This document shows, one piece after another, positions 18,146-27,446 of a stretch of DNA of 64,000 bases (position 1 is its first letter; each line of letters starts with the position of its first letter). The position numbers were made by a program, and so were the translations under genes. The notes below the pieces were generated by a model that did no database searches, was not told the DNA's origin, and worked only from the letters and a program-made list of their open reading frames with translations. This stretch comes from an uncultured bacterium (GTDB lineage Bacteria; Fidelibacterota; Marinisomatia; Marinisomatales; JAHJCW01). The stretch is from positions 10,260-74,259 of the forward strand of contig CBDURO010000001.1 of the NCBI GenBank assembly GCA_965369995.1. The letters run 5' to 3'.

Positions 18146-19825
18146 ATGCGTTTAATTAATAAAAATATAAGATTAATATTCATACTGCTAATCTTAGCTA
18201 TTGTATTATTTTGTTTGCTATTTTTTAAGATCGGAGTTGGAATAGTATTTATTAATTTAATAATAGCCGGAATTATTACCGTTTTAGTATTTTTATTATG
18301 GGGATTGTTCAATAAAGAAAAAGTAAAAAAAATAAAACTGAGCTTAGATTTACCGAACTCAAAATTAAACGAAAACCCCAGAATTCCCTTCAATAAAACT
18401 TTAAAGTTAATTGGTGAACAGTTAAATACATTTAAACCGTCATTTAAGTTTGCAATATATCTAGTTGACCCTGAAAGCAATGGTTTTGTCTTACAAGATA
18501 ATTCGGTTGAATATTTTTCCAATTTAATAAATATTAAAAATAAAATTTTCCATAAGATCTTTAGCGAAGATCAAACTTTGTTAGTTAAACCGAATGAATA
18601 TCAAGATGAATGGACAGAGCTTTTTGCGGATATTGAAACTAATGAATCAAATTGTCTGTTAGGTTCAAAAATCAGTTATAAAAAATCCCCGATTGGCTGC
18701 TTATTTGCTTTTATTGATGATGTTAGAAGAGTTGATTCTAACGACCAAATAATTGTCCGACAATTTGCCGATCAAGTCACGCTGTCATTATCATTGATTG
18801 ATAATATTGAATCTCTTCAGAAACATCACACCATACAGGAAAAAATAAATTCATTAGTTAACACTGCAAATATTTCAGAAAATAAATCAGTTATTTATGA
18901 AAAAGCGGTGGAAATTTGCCAATCTATATTTAAATACGATAAATTGACAATTATGGTCAGCTATCAAGATATTGATCATGCACGAATTGATTTTGTTGAT
19001 GGATATTCGCTTGATATCAGTAGGGATGAAGTATTTTCGCTCAAGAATTCGATTTTTACAAATGTGATACAGGATAATCAAATTATTAATTCTAAAGATA
19101 TTAATAAAGATTTTGGTAAACGATATAGATTTTATGAAGATGAAAAAACTAAACGGAGTATCTCATCGGTACTTGCTGTTCCAATTATTATCAATCAAGA
19201 TGTTTCAGGTTGTATTGCATTAGAAAGATTTGAGGAAAAGGAATATTCTGCGATAAATCTTTTTTATCTTGAAAAGATTGCACAAATGCTAAATGTTTTA
19301 CTGCAATGGCAATCAGAATACCATAAGATGTATTTAAATACTACCCATGATAATCTTACAGGGTTATTAAATTATCGAGCATTTTTAGATCGCTTAGACG
19401 TTGAAATAAATCGTGCTTTGAGAACTGATCAATCTTTAGTGATAATTATCGTGGATGTTGATAAATTTAAAAGAATCAATGATACTTTTGGCCATCCAAT
19501 TGGCAATATTGCTTTAAGGAAAATAGCTGATTTAATTTCTTCAAGTGTAAGAAATATTGATGTCGTAGCACGGTACGGTGGAGAAGAATTTATTATTGCT
19601 GTTTCTAATTCCCAAAAAACCAGCGCTGAACAAATTGTAGAACGTATCGTTAGCAATGTTGCAAATAATATTTTTATTTTCAACGATCAAAGAATAAAAA
19701 TTACTGTGAGCGCAGGAATGGCAGAATTTCCTAAGGATTCTGACCAAGTACAAAAACTTATTGAGGCTGCCGATAAAGCTATGTACGCAGCTAAGAAACA
19801 TGGTGGTAACACATTTAGTATTTAA
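18146..19825 (+). CDS. Membrane-anchored GAF-GGDEF diguanylate cyclase
   Basis: 559 aa. Two N-terminal TM helices and GAF-like central regions. C-terminal GGDEF domain with DVDKFKRINDTFGH and an intact RYGGEEF active site. Confidence 0.88.
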   Translation: MRLINKNIRLIFILLILAIVLFCLLFFKIGVGIVFINLIIAGIITVLVFLLWGLFNKEKVKKIKLSLDLPNSKLNENPRIPFNKTLKLIGEQLNTFKPSFKFAIYLVDPESNGFVLQDNSVEYFSNLINIKNKIFHKIFSEDQTLLVKPNEYQDEWTELFADIETNESNCLLGSKISYKKSPIGCLFAFIDDVRRVDSNDQIIVRQFADQVTLSLSLIDNIESLQKHHTIQEKINSLVNTANISENKSVIYEKAVEICQSIFKYDKLTIMVSYQDIDHARIDFVDGYSLDISRDEVFSLKNSIFTNVIQDNQIINSKDINKDFGKRYRFYEDEKTKRSISSVLAVPIIINQDVSGCIALERFEEKEYSAINLFYLEKIAQMLNVLLQWQSEYHKMYLNTTHDNLTGLLNYRAFLDRLDVEINRALRTDQSLVIIIVDVDKFKRINDTFGHPIGNIALRKIADLISSSVRNIDVVARYGGEEFIIAVSNSQKTSAEQIVERIVSNVANNIFIFNDQRIKITVSAGMAEFPKDSDQVQKLIEAADKAMYAAKKHGGNTFSI

Positions 19826-19855
19826 ATATTAATTTAACAGATAGGAAAATTCAGA

Positions 19856-21487
19856 TTGAAAAGATACAATAAAAGCACAGGATACATTTTTTGGATATTA
19901 TTTATAAATATAATATTTATATTTAATTGTAGTCAATTACCGACTGTACAGCAAGATAATTCTCGGAATATGGTAAATGAAACTAATTCAGAATTCAGTG
20001 GATTGGGGCAAATCAATACTGAAGCTTTACAGCATATCATGGATGGTCAATTATATTTAGATCAAGGTGATTTTGCGATGGCTATTGTTGAATTGCAAGA
20101 AGCTCAACGATTAGAGACGAATGTAAGTTCTATCTATGTTTTATTGGCGGAATGTTATTGGAATTTGAATAAACCGGAAAGATCTATGGAATATTTGGAA
20201 ACCGCAATAGAAATTGATCCAAATGATACTGACGTCCGGGAAGTAATAGCCGAACAGCATTTTCGACTTCAGGATTTTTCAAAATCAGAGCAACAATATA
20301 AATTATTATTAGAATTAAATCCCGAAAGTGAAGACTATTTATTCGCACTCGGTGATCTTGCAAAAATTCAAAAAAAGCATGATCAAGCAATTGATTACTA
20401 CAAAAATGTTTATGAGATAAATAATAATACTATCCAAGCTTTAGAATTGGCAGCTGATTTATCACATCGCTTGGGAAAGTTTAATGAAGCCGATATATTA
20501 TATCGAAAATTATTAAAAGCAGATAGCTTAAATGTAAATTATTTAGGTGCTTATGCTGATATAAACGTTCAATTAAATAATCCTAAAGAAGCTATCGAGT
20601 TAGTCAAAACGATTATTGCCATTGAGGGTTCATCTATAGACAATTTAATTCAATTAGGAGTTTTGTATAACGAGCTTGAAAAATATGATGAGGCAATAGA
20701 AATTTTTCAGGAAATATTGCAAGAAGACAGCACTAACACTACCGGTTTACATTTTTTGTCAACAATACATCGTGAAAACAAGGAATATAAAAAAGCTCAA
20801 TTGTACGCCGATAAAATGATAATTGCTTTTCCGGAAAATCCGCAGGGCATTATAAATAGTGTACTAATAGCGCTTGATCAGGATGACAGCGAAAAAGCTA
20901 TAACAATATTGTCTCCCGCCGCTGCCGATTTCCCTGACGAATATTCTATTCATTATTTGCTTGGTATGAGTTATAATCTTGCGGAGAATTATAAAATGGC
21001 AGCAGTTTTCCTTGATAATGCCCGGCAAATTGCTCCTAATTCACGGAATACTTTGCATTTGTTGGCAATCGTTAACGATAATCTTAATAATTGGACTATC
21101 TCAGATGGAATATATCAACAACTAATTCAAACCGATAGCACTGATGCACAAGCTTTTAATAATTACGCTTATAGTTTAATTGAAAGGGGTGATAAAATTG
21201 AATTATCCAAAAAATATTCCCGCCGCGCGATTGAATTAGCACCGAATCAAGCAGCCTATCTTGATACTTATGGCTGGATATTATTCAAAACTGGGAATAC
21301 CAAAGAAGCTCATAAATATATTGAGAAATCGTTGAAAATTGATAATGAAAATGCAGAAGTATTAGAGCATATGGGTGATATATTAATTAAGATGAAAAAG
21401 AAGACCGAAGCGAAAGAATTTTATCAAAAAGCATTATCATTTGACCCGAAAAACCAACAACTCATTGAAAAATTAAGTGATTTTTAG
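19856..21487 (+). CDS. TPR-repeat lipoprotein
   Basis: 543 aa. Signal peptide ending in a lipobox-like FIFNCS, then TPR repeats throughout. TTG start. Confidence 0.8.
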   Translation: MKRYNKSTGYIFWILFINIIFIFNCSQLPTVQQDNSRNMVNETNSEFSGLGQINTEALQHIMDGQLYLDQGDFAMAIVELQEAQRLETNVSSIYVLLAECYWNLNKPERSMEYLETAIEIDPNDTDVREVIAEQHFRLQDFSKSEQQYKLLLELNPESEDYLFALGDLAKIQKKHDQAIDYYKNVYEINNNTIQALELAADLSHRLGKFNEADILYRKLLKADSLNVNYLGAYADINVQLNNPKEAIELVKTIIAIEGSSIDNLIQLGVLYNELEKYDEAIEIFQEILQEDSTNTTGLHFLSTIHRENKEYKKAQLYADKMIIAFPENPQGIINSVLIALDQDDSEKAITILSPAAADFPDEYSIHYLLGMSYNLAENYKMAAVFLDNARQIAPNSRNTLHLLAIVNDNLNNWTISDGIYQQLIQTDSTDAQAFNNYAYSLIERGDKIELSKKYSRRAIELAPNQAAYLDTYGWILFKTGNTKEAHKYIEKSLKIDNENAEVLEHMGDILIKMKKKTEAKEFYQKALSFDPKNQQLIEKLSDF

Positions 21488-22097
21488 ATTATCAATTTTA
21501 CTGATTGCAAACATACTCGTTGTTATCAGTTGTAGTCAAGCACCTGAAATTGTAATTGATGAAATAGTTGATTTGTCCTATGATGAATTAAAACAACAAT
21601 ACATTACTTGTAAAGGCAAGGGAGTAATGACTGCTCAAGGAAAACTGCCATGGAAATTAAATTATTCTTTCACAACTCAAAACGATAGTTCCTTCATTCA
21701 ATTTAGAGACATTTTCAGCAGAAGAGTACTTTTTGTTCAAGCTTTGCCAAGTGAAATAACAATTTGGGATATGCAGAAAAACCTTCAATATGATTCTGAT
21801 ATTGGCAATGTGATACCAATTTTTAATATTTTGAAATCTTATGACATTGCTCAAATATTATGGGGAGAAATTCCGAAAAGATATCATATATCAAATAAAG
21901 AATCAGGTTTTGAAAGGGATTTAAACTTAGTAAATTTTGAATCAACTGTAACACAATTAGGAATGGTATTGGATAAGGTAATATTTAAGTTAGATTCTAT
22001 TGATACAAAAGTCGAATTCAAAATATTTGGAAGAGATTATGGTGAAGCAAATCTTGATTTATCGAAGGGAATCCCTAAACAAGTGCCATTAAATTAA
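21477..22097 (+). CDS. LolB-like / DUF4292-type outer-membrane lipoprotein
   Basis: 206 aa. Lipoprotein signal LVVISCSQ. Its size and its position after a TPR protein match what is common in Bacteroidota. No catalytic motifs seen. Confidence 0.45.
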   Translation: MIFRLSILLIANILVVISCSQAPEIVIDEIVDLSYDELKQQYITCKGKGVMTAQGKLPWKLNYSFTTQNDSSFIQFRDIFSRRVLFVQALPSEITIWDMQKNLQYDSDIGNVIPIFNILKSYDIAQILWGEIPKRYHISNKESGFERDLNLVNFESTVTQLGMVLDKVIFKLDSIDTKVEFKIFGRDYGEANLDLSKGIPKQVPLN

Positions 22098-22098
22098 T

Positions 22099-23031
22099 AT
22101 GAATAAATCTTTATCAGTTGTAATCCCAACCTATAATGAGCTAGAATCACTTACTGAATTAATTACAGCTTTAAAAGATGTACTAAAATCACATAATAAA
22201 TGGGAAGTATTATTCATAGATGACGGTTCAACTGATGATTCGATAGGATTTCTTACAGAAATTGTTACTAGTGAATCAAATTTCAAATTAATTCAATTAC
22301 ATCGTAATTATGGTAAATCGGCTGCCTTGGCGGAAGGATTCAAAGTGGCTACAGGAGATTATATTATTACAATGGATGCAGATTTACAAGATGATCCGAA
22401 AGAAATACCCAATCTAATTTCCAAGTTGGAGGAAGGATATGATTTGGTTACCGGTTGGAAAAAAACTCGAAAGGACCCTTGGACTAAACGGTTTCCATCA
22501 AAAATTGCTAATTTCGTAACAGGATTAATCACTGGTGTAAAAGTTCATGATATGAATTGTGGCTTGAAAATATATCGTCGAGCTGTAGTAAAATCAATAG
22601 ATATTTATGGAGGACGACATCGGTATATACCTGCTTTAGCCGGGCAAAAAAGATTTCGGATTGCTGAAATTCCCGTACAACATCATAAAAGACAATATGG
22701 TGTAACAAAATATGGCGGATCGCGTCTTTTTCATGGATTTTTTGATCTAATTACAATTCTCTTTTTGAATCGCTACACACAAAAACCTTTACATTTATTT
22801 GGCTTGTTTGGTTTATCCTGCCTTGCACTATCATTTATTAGTGAATTATATGTAGTTTTTTTAAAGATATTTTATAGTCATCCATTTCAAAAACATTTTG
22901 CGATGATGTTATTTGGCGTTATGTTATTCGTATTAGGATTATGGTTTTTCTCAATTGGATTAATCGGGGAGATGGTTGCTCAAACAACTCAAGATCGCGA
23001 AGACCGCGTGAAGCAAATACTTGGTAGTTAG
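22099..23031 (+). CDS. GT2 polyprenol-phosphate glycosyltransferase (GtrB/CsbB/ArnC/DPM1-like)
   Basis: 310 aa. SVVIPTYNE, FIDDGSTDDS and MDADLQDDP motifs, plus two C-terminal TM helices (LHLFGLFGLSCLALSF; MMLFGVMLFVLGLWFFSIGLIGE). That combination is typical of lipid-carrier-charging GT2 enzymes. Confidence 0.8.
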   Translation: MNKSLSVVIPTYNELESLTELITALKDVLKSHNKWEVLFIDDGSTDDSIGFLTEIVTSESNFKLIQLHRNYGKSAALAEGFKVATGDYIITMDADLQDDPKEIPNLISKLEEGYDLVTGWKKTRKDPWTKRFPSKIANFVTGLITGVKVHDMNCGLKIYRRAVVKSIDIYGGRHRYIPALAGQKRFRIAEIPVQHHKRQYGVTKYGGSRLFHGFFDLITILFLNRYTQKPLHLFGLFGLSCLALSFISELYVVFLKIFYSHPFQKHFAMMLFGVMLFVLGLWFFSIGLIGEMVAQTTQDREDRVKQILGS

Positions 23032-23058
23032 TTTTTTCCAGAATCCGATTTTAAATCG

Positions 23059-24177
23059 ATGCGTATAACACTTATAGGACCTTTTCCGCCATTCCGCGGC
23101 GGAATTTCCGATTTTAACTCAGCACTATTTAATGAATTGAATAAAACACATAGTTTACAGATAATTAATTATTCTACACAGTATCTAAAAATTCTTTTCC
23201 CCGGGAAAACACAATACAAAGATAATGTTGATGAGTCTCATAAAAGTGAACGAATATTAAGTTCAATCAATCCGTTTACATGGAGTAAAACTGCTAATAA
23301 AATTATCGAATTCCAACCTAACATTGTTGTTGTTCATTATTGGATGCCGTTTTTTGCACCTGCACTTCGAAAAATTGCTGTATCATTAAAGAAAAAAATA
23401 GATGCCAAAATAATAGCAATTTGTCACAATCTAATTCCGCATGAAAACCATTTTTTTTATCAACATTTCACAAAAACTTTTTTATATAAAATTGATCGAT
23501 TTGTAGTAATGTCAGAATCCGTTAAATCGGATTTATTAAAAATCATACCGAATGCAAAATTTAGATTAACACCGCATCCTATTTATAATATTTTTGGAAA
23601 TACTATTGATAAGAAAATTGCGAGACAAAATCTTGATATTAAAGCTAAGAATGTGATCTTATATTTTGGCTTGATTCGTGAATATAAAGGATTAGATATT
23701 TTATTAAATAGTATTCCAAAAATCAAACAGGAACTCAATGATTTTATTGTAATTGTAGTAGGTGAATGTTACGAGAAAACAGAAAAATATTATGATATTA
23801 TTGAAAATTTAAAAATACAAGATTCAGTTGATTTAAGATTAAAATTCATTCCTGATAATGAAATTTTGGAATATTTTTCAGCAGCTGATGTTGTGGCATT
23901 ACCATATCGCACTGCAACACAAAGTGGAATAACACAAATTGCTTATAATTTTAACAGACCTGTGATAGTTAGCGATGTTGGCGGATTGGCAGAAATTGTG
24001 CCAAATGGAAAAACCGGTTATGTCGTAAAACCTGACTCAAATGAATTCGCAAAAGCGATTATCAACTATTTTAAAGATAATAAATTTGAAGAATTTTCTA
24101 AAAATATTAAGGTTCATAAGCAATTATTTTCATGGGAAAAATTTGTAGATAACTTAATGGAATTAGCATCGGAATGA
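23059..24177 (+). CDS. Glycosyltransferase family 4 (GT-B)
   Basis: 372 aa. C-terminal GT1/GT4 signature region ADVVALPYRTATQSGITQIAYNFNRPVIVSDVGGLAEIV. Confidence 0.8.
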   Translation: MRITLIGPFPPFRGGISDFNSALFNELNKTHSLQIINYSTQYLKILFPGKTQYKDNVDESHKSERILSSINPFTWSKTANKIIEFQPNIVVVHYWMPFFAPALRKIAVSLKKKIDAKIIAICHNLIPHENHFFYQHFTKTFLYKIDRFVVMSESVKSDLLKIIPNAKFRLTPHPIYNIFGNTIDKKIARQNLDIKAKNVILYFGLIREYKGLDILLNSIPKIKQELNDFIVIVVGECYEKTEKYYDIIENLKIQDSVDLRLKFIPDNEILEYFSAADVVALPYRTATQSGITQIAYNFNRPVIVSDVGGLAEIVPNGKTGYVVKPDSNEFAKAIINYFKDNKFEEFSKNIKVHKQLFSWEKFVDNLMELASE

Positions 24178-25010
24178 ATCCTTTAGTTTATATAATTATT
24201 CTGAATTGGAATGGCAAGGATCTCACGATGGATTGCTTAAAATCATTAACGAAAGTTCAATATGATAATTATAAAATATTGGTTGTGGATAACGGATCAA
24301 ACGATAATTCAGTAGATATAATTAAGAAAGAATATCCCAATGTAGAAATTCTACAGTTAGATTATAATATTGGTTATGCGGCTGGCAACAATGCGGGATT
24401 TGATTTCCTAAAAAGTCAGAAACCTGATTATATAATATTTTTGAATAATGATACAATTGTTGATAAAAACTTTATTGAACCGCTTGTTAAGCCATTAGTT
24501 GATAATTCTGAGATAGGTCAAACAGTGCCTAAAATATTCTATGCGAAAGACCAAAACAGAATTTGGTATGCCGGTGGAAAGGTTAATTTATGGTTAGGCC
24601 AAATTTATCATAGTGGAATAAGGAAAAACGATAGTAGTAGATATTCCAAATCCCAATATACTGATTATGCAACCGGTTGTTGTTTTTGTATGCGCTATGG
24701 TGATTATTATGAACTTGGCGGATTTGACACATCATTTCCAATGTACTGTGAAGATGTAGATTTGTCGTTAAGAATTCGAGCTAGAGGAAAAAATATTTCA
24801 TACGTACCAAATTCAAATATTTGGCATAAAATTTCTGCTTCTATTGGTGGAGAATTGTCAAATATGAAACTTAAAAGGAAGTTACGTGGGTTTAAAATAT
24901 TATTTGGTAAGCATGCAAATTTTCTGCAGAAGATTACAATTATATTGTCTCGGATTATATCAATTCCGTATCGATTATTAAAATTTATTTATTTAATCAT
25001 AAAGAAATAA
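24174..25010 (+). CDS. Glycosyltransferase family 2
   Basis: 278 aa. IIILNWNG, VVDNGSNDNS, FLNNDT and CEDVDLSLR motifs. ATGA overlap with the upstream gene. Confidence 0.85.
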   Translation: MNPLVYIIILNWNGKDLTMDCLKSLTKVQYDNYKILVVDNGSNDNSVDIIKKEYPNVEILQLDYNIGYAAGNNAGFDFLKSQKPDYIIFLNNDTIVDKNFIEPLVKPLVDNSEIGQTVPKIFYAKDQNRIWYAGGKVNLWLGQIYHSGIRKNDSSRYSKSQYTDYATGCCFCMRYGDYYELGGFDTSFPMYCEDVDLSLRIRARGKNISYVPNSNIWHKISASIGGELSNMKLKRKLRGFKILFGKHANFLQKITIILSRIISIPYRLLKFIYLIIKK

Positions 25011-25011
25011 A

Positions 25012-25914
25012 ATGATTCAACTAATAAAAAATCGATTACAAAGAATTAAAGTAAATTTTAAACGTTTTGGATTGCTTAACACTGTAAAATATTTGATACA
25101 AAACGCAATTATAAAACGACCTGTTAATCAAATCAATTATTATCTAAAAAGGAAACAATATCCGCAGAATATAATTTTTATTACATCACTACCAAAAAGT
25201 GGATCAACGTGGTTATCAAATATGTGTTCAGGTTTATATGGATTTGATTTGTTTGCCCCGATCAAATGGAATACATATATTGCGAAAGAATGGGATGATT
25301 CACGTTGGGATTTAGAAACAGATATTTTTAAAGAATTCAGAAATAAGTTAGTGGTTATTCGTGGTCACACTTGGGCGATACCTAAAAATTTAAATGTATT
25401 AAAGAAATCTAATCTAAAATATATCATTGGCGTACGCGATCCTCGCGATAAATTAATTTCCGAATATTGGCATAGTAGGAATTTCCCAAAACATTGGGCG
25501 CATGACCAGGCACAAAAGCTTTCAATAAATGAATTTATTACGTATAAATTGGAATCCGGTGAATTTGAAAAAGAAACCTTAAACTGGATTAGAAATTGGT
25601 TGAAAAATCGTGATTTAACAAAATCAATAATTATTCGATATGAAGATATGTTAAATAATCCAAATACAGTTCTTGAAAAAATATTTAACTTTTTAGGTTT
25701 CAAAATTGAGCAGAAGAAAATAGAAAATATTATTGAAATAAATAGTTTTGATAAAATTACAGGTCGTAAACGTGGTAAAAACGATGATACAAAATTCGTT
25801 CGTAAGGGTGTGTCGGGTGAATGGGAAACTGCTTTTAGCAAGGAACAAAAGTCGTTTTTCAGTAAAATTGGTGAAGATGTAATTGAAAAACTGGGATACA
25901 CGCCTACAATCTAA
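25012..25914 (+). CDS. PAPS-dependent sulfotransferase (Sulfotransfer_1-like)
   Basis: 300 aa. 5'-phosphosulfate-binding loop PKSGSTW, 3'-phosphate-binding RDPRDKLISEYWH, and C-terminal RKGVSGEWETAF (the RKGxxGxW motif). Confidence 0.8.
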   Translation: MIQLIKNRLQRIKVNFKRFGLLNTVKYLIQNAIIKRPVNQINYYLKRKQYPQNIIFITSLPKSGSTWLSNMCSGLYGFDLFAPIKWNTYIAKEWDDSRWDLETDIFKEFRNKLVVIRGHTWAIPKNLNVLKKSNLKYIIGVRDPRDKLISEYWHSRNFPKHWAHDQAQKLSINEFITYKLESGEFEKETLNWIRNWLKNRDLTKSIIIRYEDMLNNPNTVLEKIFNFLGFKIEQKKIENIIEINSFDKITGRKRGKNDDTKFVRKGVSGEWETAFSKEQKSFFSKIGEDVIEKLGYTPTI

Positions 25915-25915
25915 T

Positions 25916-27445
25916 ATGAGTAATAAAAACTTTACCCCTGCTCAAAAAATTGCCAAGGAATCTACAATCTCATTTGTAGGATTGGGTTACGGTCAGTTTG
26001 TTAGATACTTATTTACTGCATTACTGGCTCGCTTGGTCGGGGTACAATATCTTGGTATTTATTCGTTAGGTAATTCCATAACCAATATAGCCGGTGTAAT
26101 CAGTAAAGCAGGTACCGATGTCGGATTAATGCGTTATATCAGTAGGCGCGATATTATAAAAGATCGAGAATCGATAAAAAATGATATTAAATCAGCATTG
26201 AAAATGGGACTCGTTTTCTCGATTATAATCATGTTAGCTCAAATAATGTTATCAAGATGGTTGGTAGAAAATGTGTTTGAAGCATCATCGTTATTGAGAA
26301 TTGTGTTAATAATTTATGCTGTGTCGATACCGTTTACGGCTCTAATGACGATAGCGACATTTGCCACACAAGGATTCCAATTACTTAAATATAAAGTCTT
26401 TGTGGAATACATTCTAAATCCAACAGTATTAATAGTTTCTATGATATTTATGTATTTTGCTTTTTCAAGTGAATTGGCAATAATTCTGCCAACATTATTG
26501 ACTGGAATCGCCGGCTTTACGGTTGCGAATTATTTCCTTAAGAAAATTGCAGGCGTCAATATTCTAAATATCGGGAATATCAATTTCAATAAAAAGATAC
26601 TTACTTATTCTTTACCAATAATGTTTACTATGATATTAGGTTCGCTTTTACATTGGATGGACATATTGATGTTGGGATATTTTACTAATACCGAGACTGT
26701 TGGATTATATCACCCGGCAGTAAGAACAGCCGGGTTACAGCAATCAATTTTAATTGCATTTGCAGGAATTTTTGCTCCGATGTTTTCAAAATATTTTGCT
26801 CAAGATAATTTTACCGGCATGCACCATATTTATAAATTAGTAACGAGATGGATACTTACTTTAGTGATTCCTGTTTTTATTTTAATTATTCTTTTTTCTA
26901 CAAAAATTATGCTTCTTTTTGGAGCAGATTTTATACAATCATCAGAGGCACTGATAATTTTATCGATTGGCACATCAATTTTTGCAATATTCGGAGTTAG
27001 CAGCACGGCATTGGTTGTATCGGGTTATCAAAAATTAAATTTAGTTAATGCTTTATCAGCGACAATTCTGAATATTTGTCTGAATATAATTTTAATACCA
27101 AAATATGGAATTATGGGTGCAGCGTGGGCAACCTTATCATCAATGACGTTTATTGCTATGGTACGCATAATAGAGACTCGAATTTTTCTAAAAATTAATC
27201 CATTTAATGTAAAAGTATTAAAACCAATCCTGGCTGGAATTATTACCTATGGAATTTTACAATACATTAAACCGAATTTAATGGTGTATCATACAGTCAT
27301 AACTTTGATATTATCGATTATAATAATTTTTGCTGTTTATGGTGTACTGTTATTACTATTTAAATTTGATAAAGATGACAAAGATTTTCTACGCTCACTA
27401 AATTTTCTTAAAAACATGGTAATAAAACCAACTGTTCGGAAATAA
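25916..27445 (+). CDS. Wzx-type polysaccharide flippase (MOP superfamily)
   Basis: About 509 aa with 12-14 TM segments. Typical polysaccharide-biosynthesis-protein organisation. I prefer the ATG at 25916, just after the sulfotransferase stop, over the track's TTG at 25883. Confidence 0.7.
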   Translation: MSNKNFTPAQKIAKESTISFVGLGYGQFVRYLFTALLARLVGVQYLGIYSLGNSITNIAGVISKAGTDVGLMRYISRRDIIKDRESIKNDIKSALKMGLVFSIIIMLAQIMLSRWLVENVFEASSLLRIVLIIYAVSIPFTALMTIATFATQGFQLLKYKVFVEYILNPTVLIVSMIFMYFAFSSELAIILPTLLTGIAGFTVANYFLKKIAGVNILNIGNINFNKKILTYSLPIMFTMILGSLLHWMDILMLGYFTNTETVGLYHPAVRTAGLQQSILIAFAGIFAPMFSKYFAQDNFTGMHHIYKLVTRWILTLVIPVFILIILFSTKIMLLFGADFIQSSEALIILSIGTSIFAIFGVSSTALVVSGYQKLNLVNALSATILNICLNIILIPKYGIMGAAWATLSSMTFIAMVRIIETRIFLKINPFNVKVLKPILAGIITYGILQYIKPNLMVYHTVITLILSIIIIFAVYGVLLLLFKFDKDDKDFLRSLNFLKNMVIKPTVRK

Positions 27446-27446
27446 T

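Noticed and set aside
18085-18522. 145-aa minus-strand ORF overlapping the start of the GGDEF gene
   Set aside because: It is a low-complexity K/N/I/F-rich antisense shadow of the TM region of the diguanylate cyclase, with no motif or plausible start context.
25365-25901. 178-aa ORF on the minus strand
   Set aside because: It lies entirely antisense to the sulfotransferase gene, whose PAPS-binding motifs are clear. The translation is low-complexity (S/F/I/L-rich) with no recognisable motif, as expected for a shadow ORF in AT-rich DNA.
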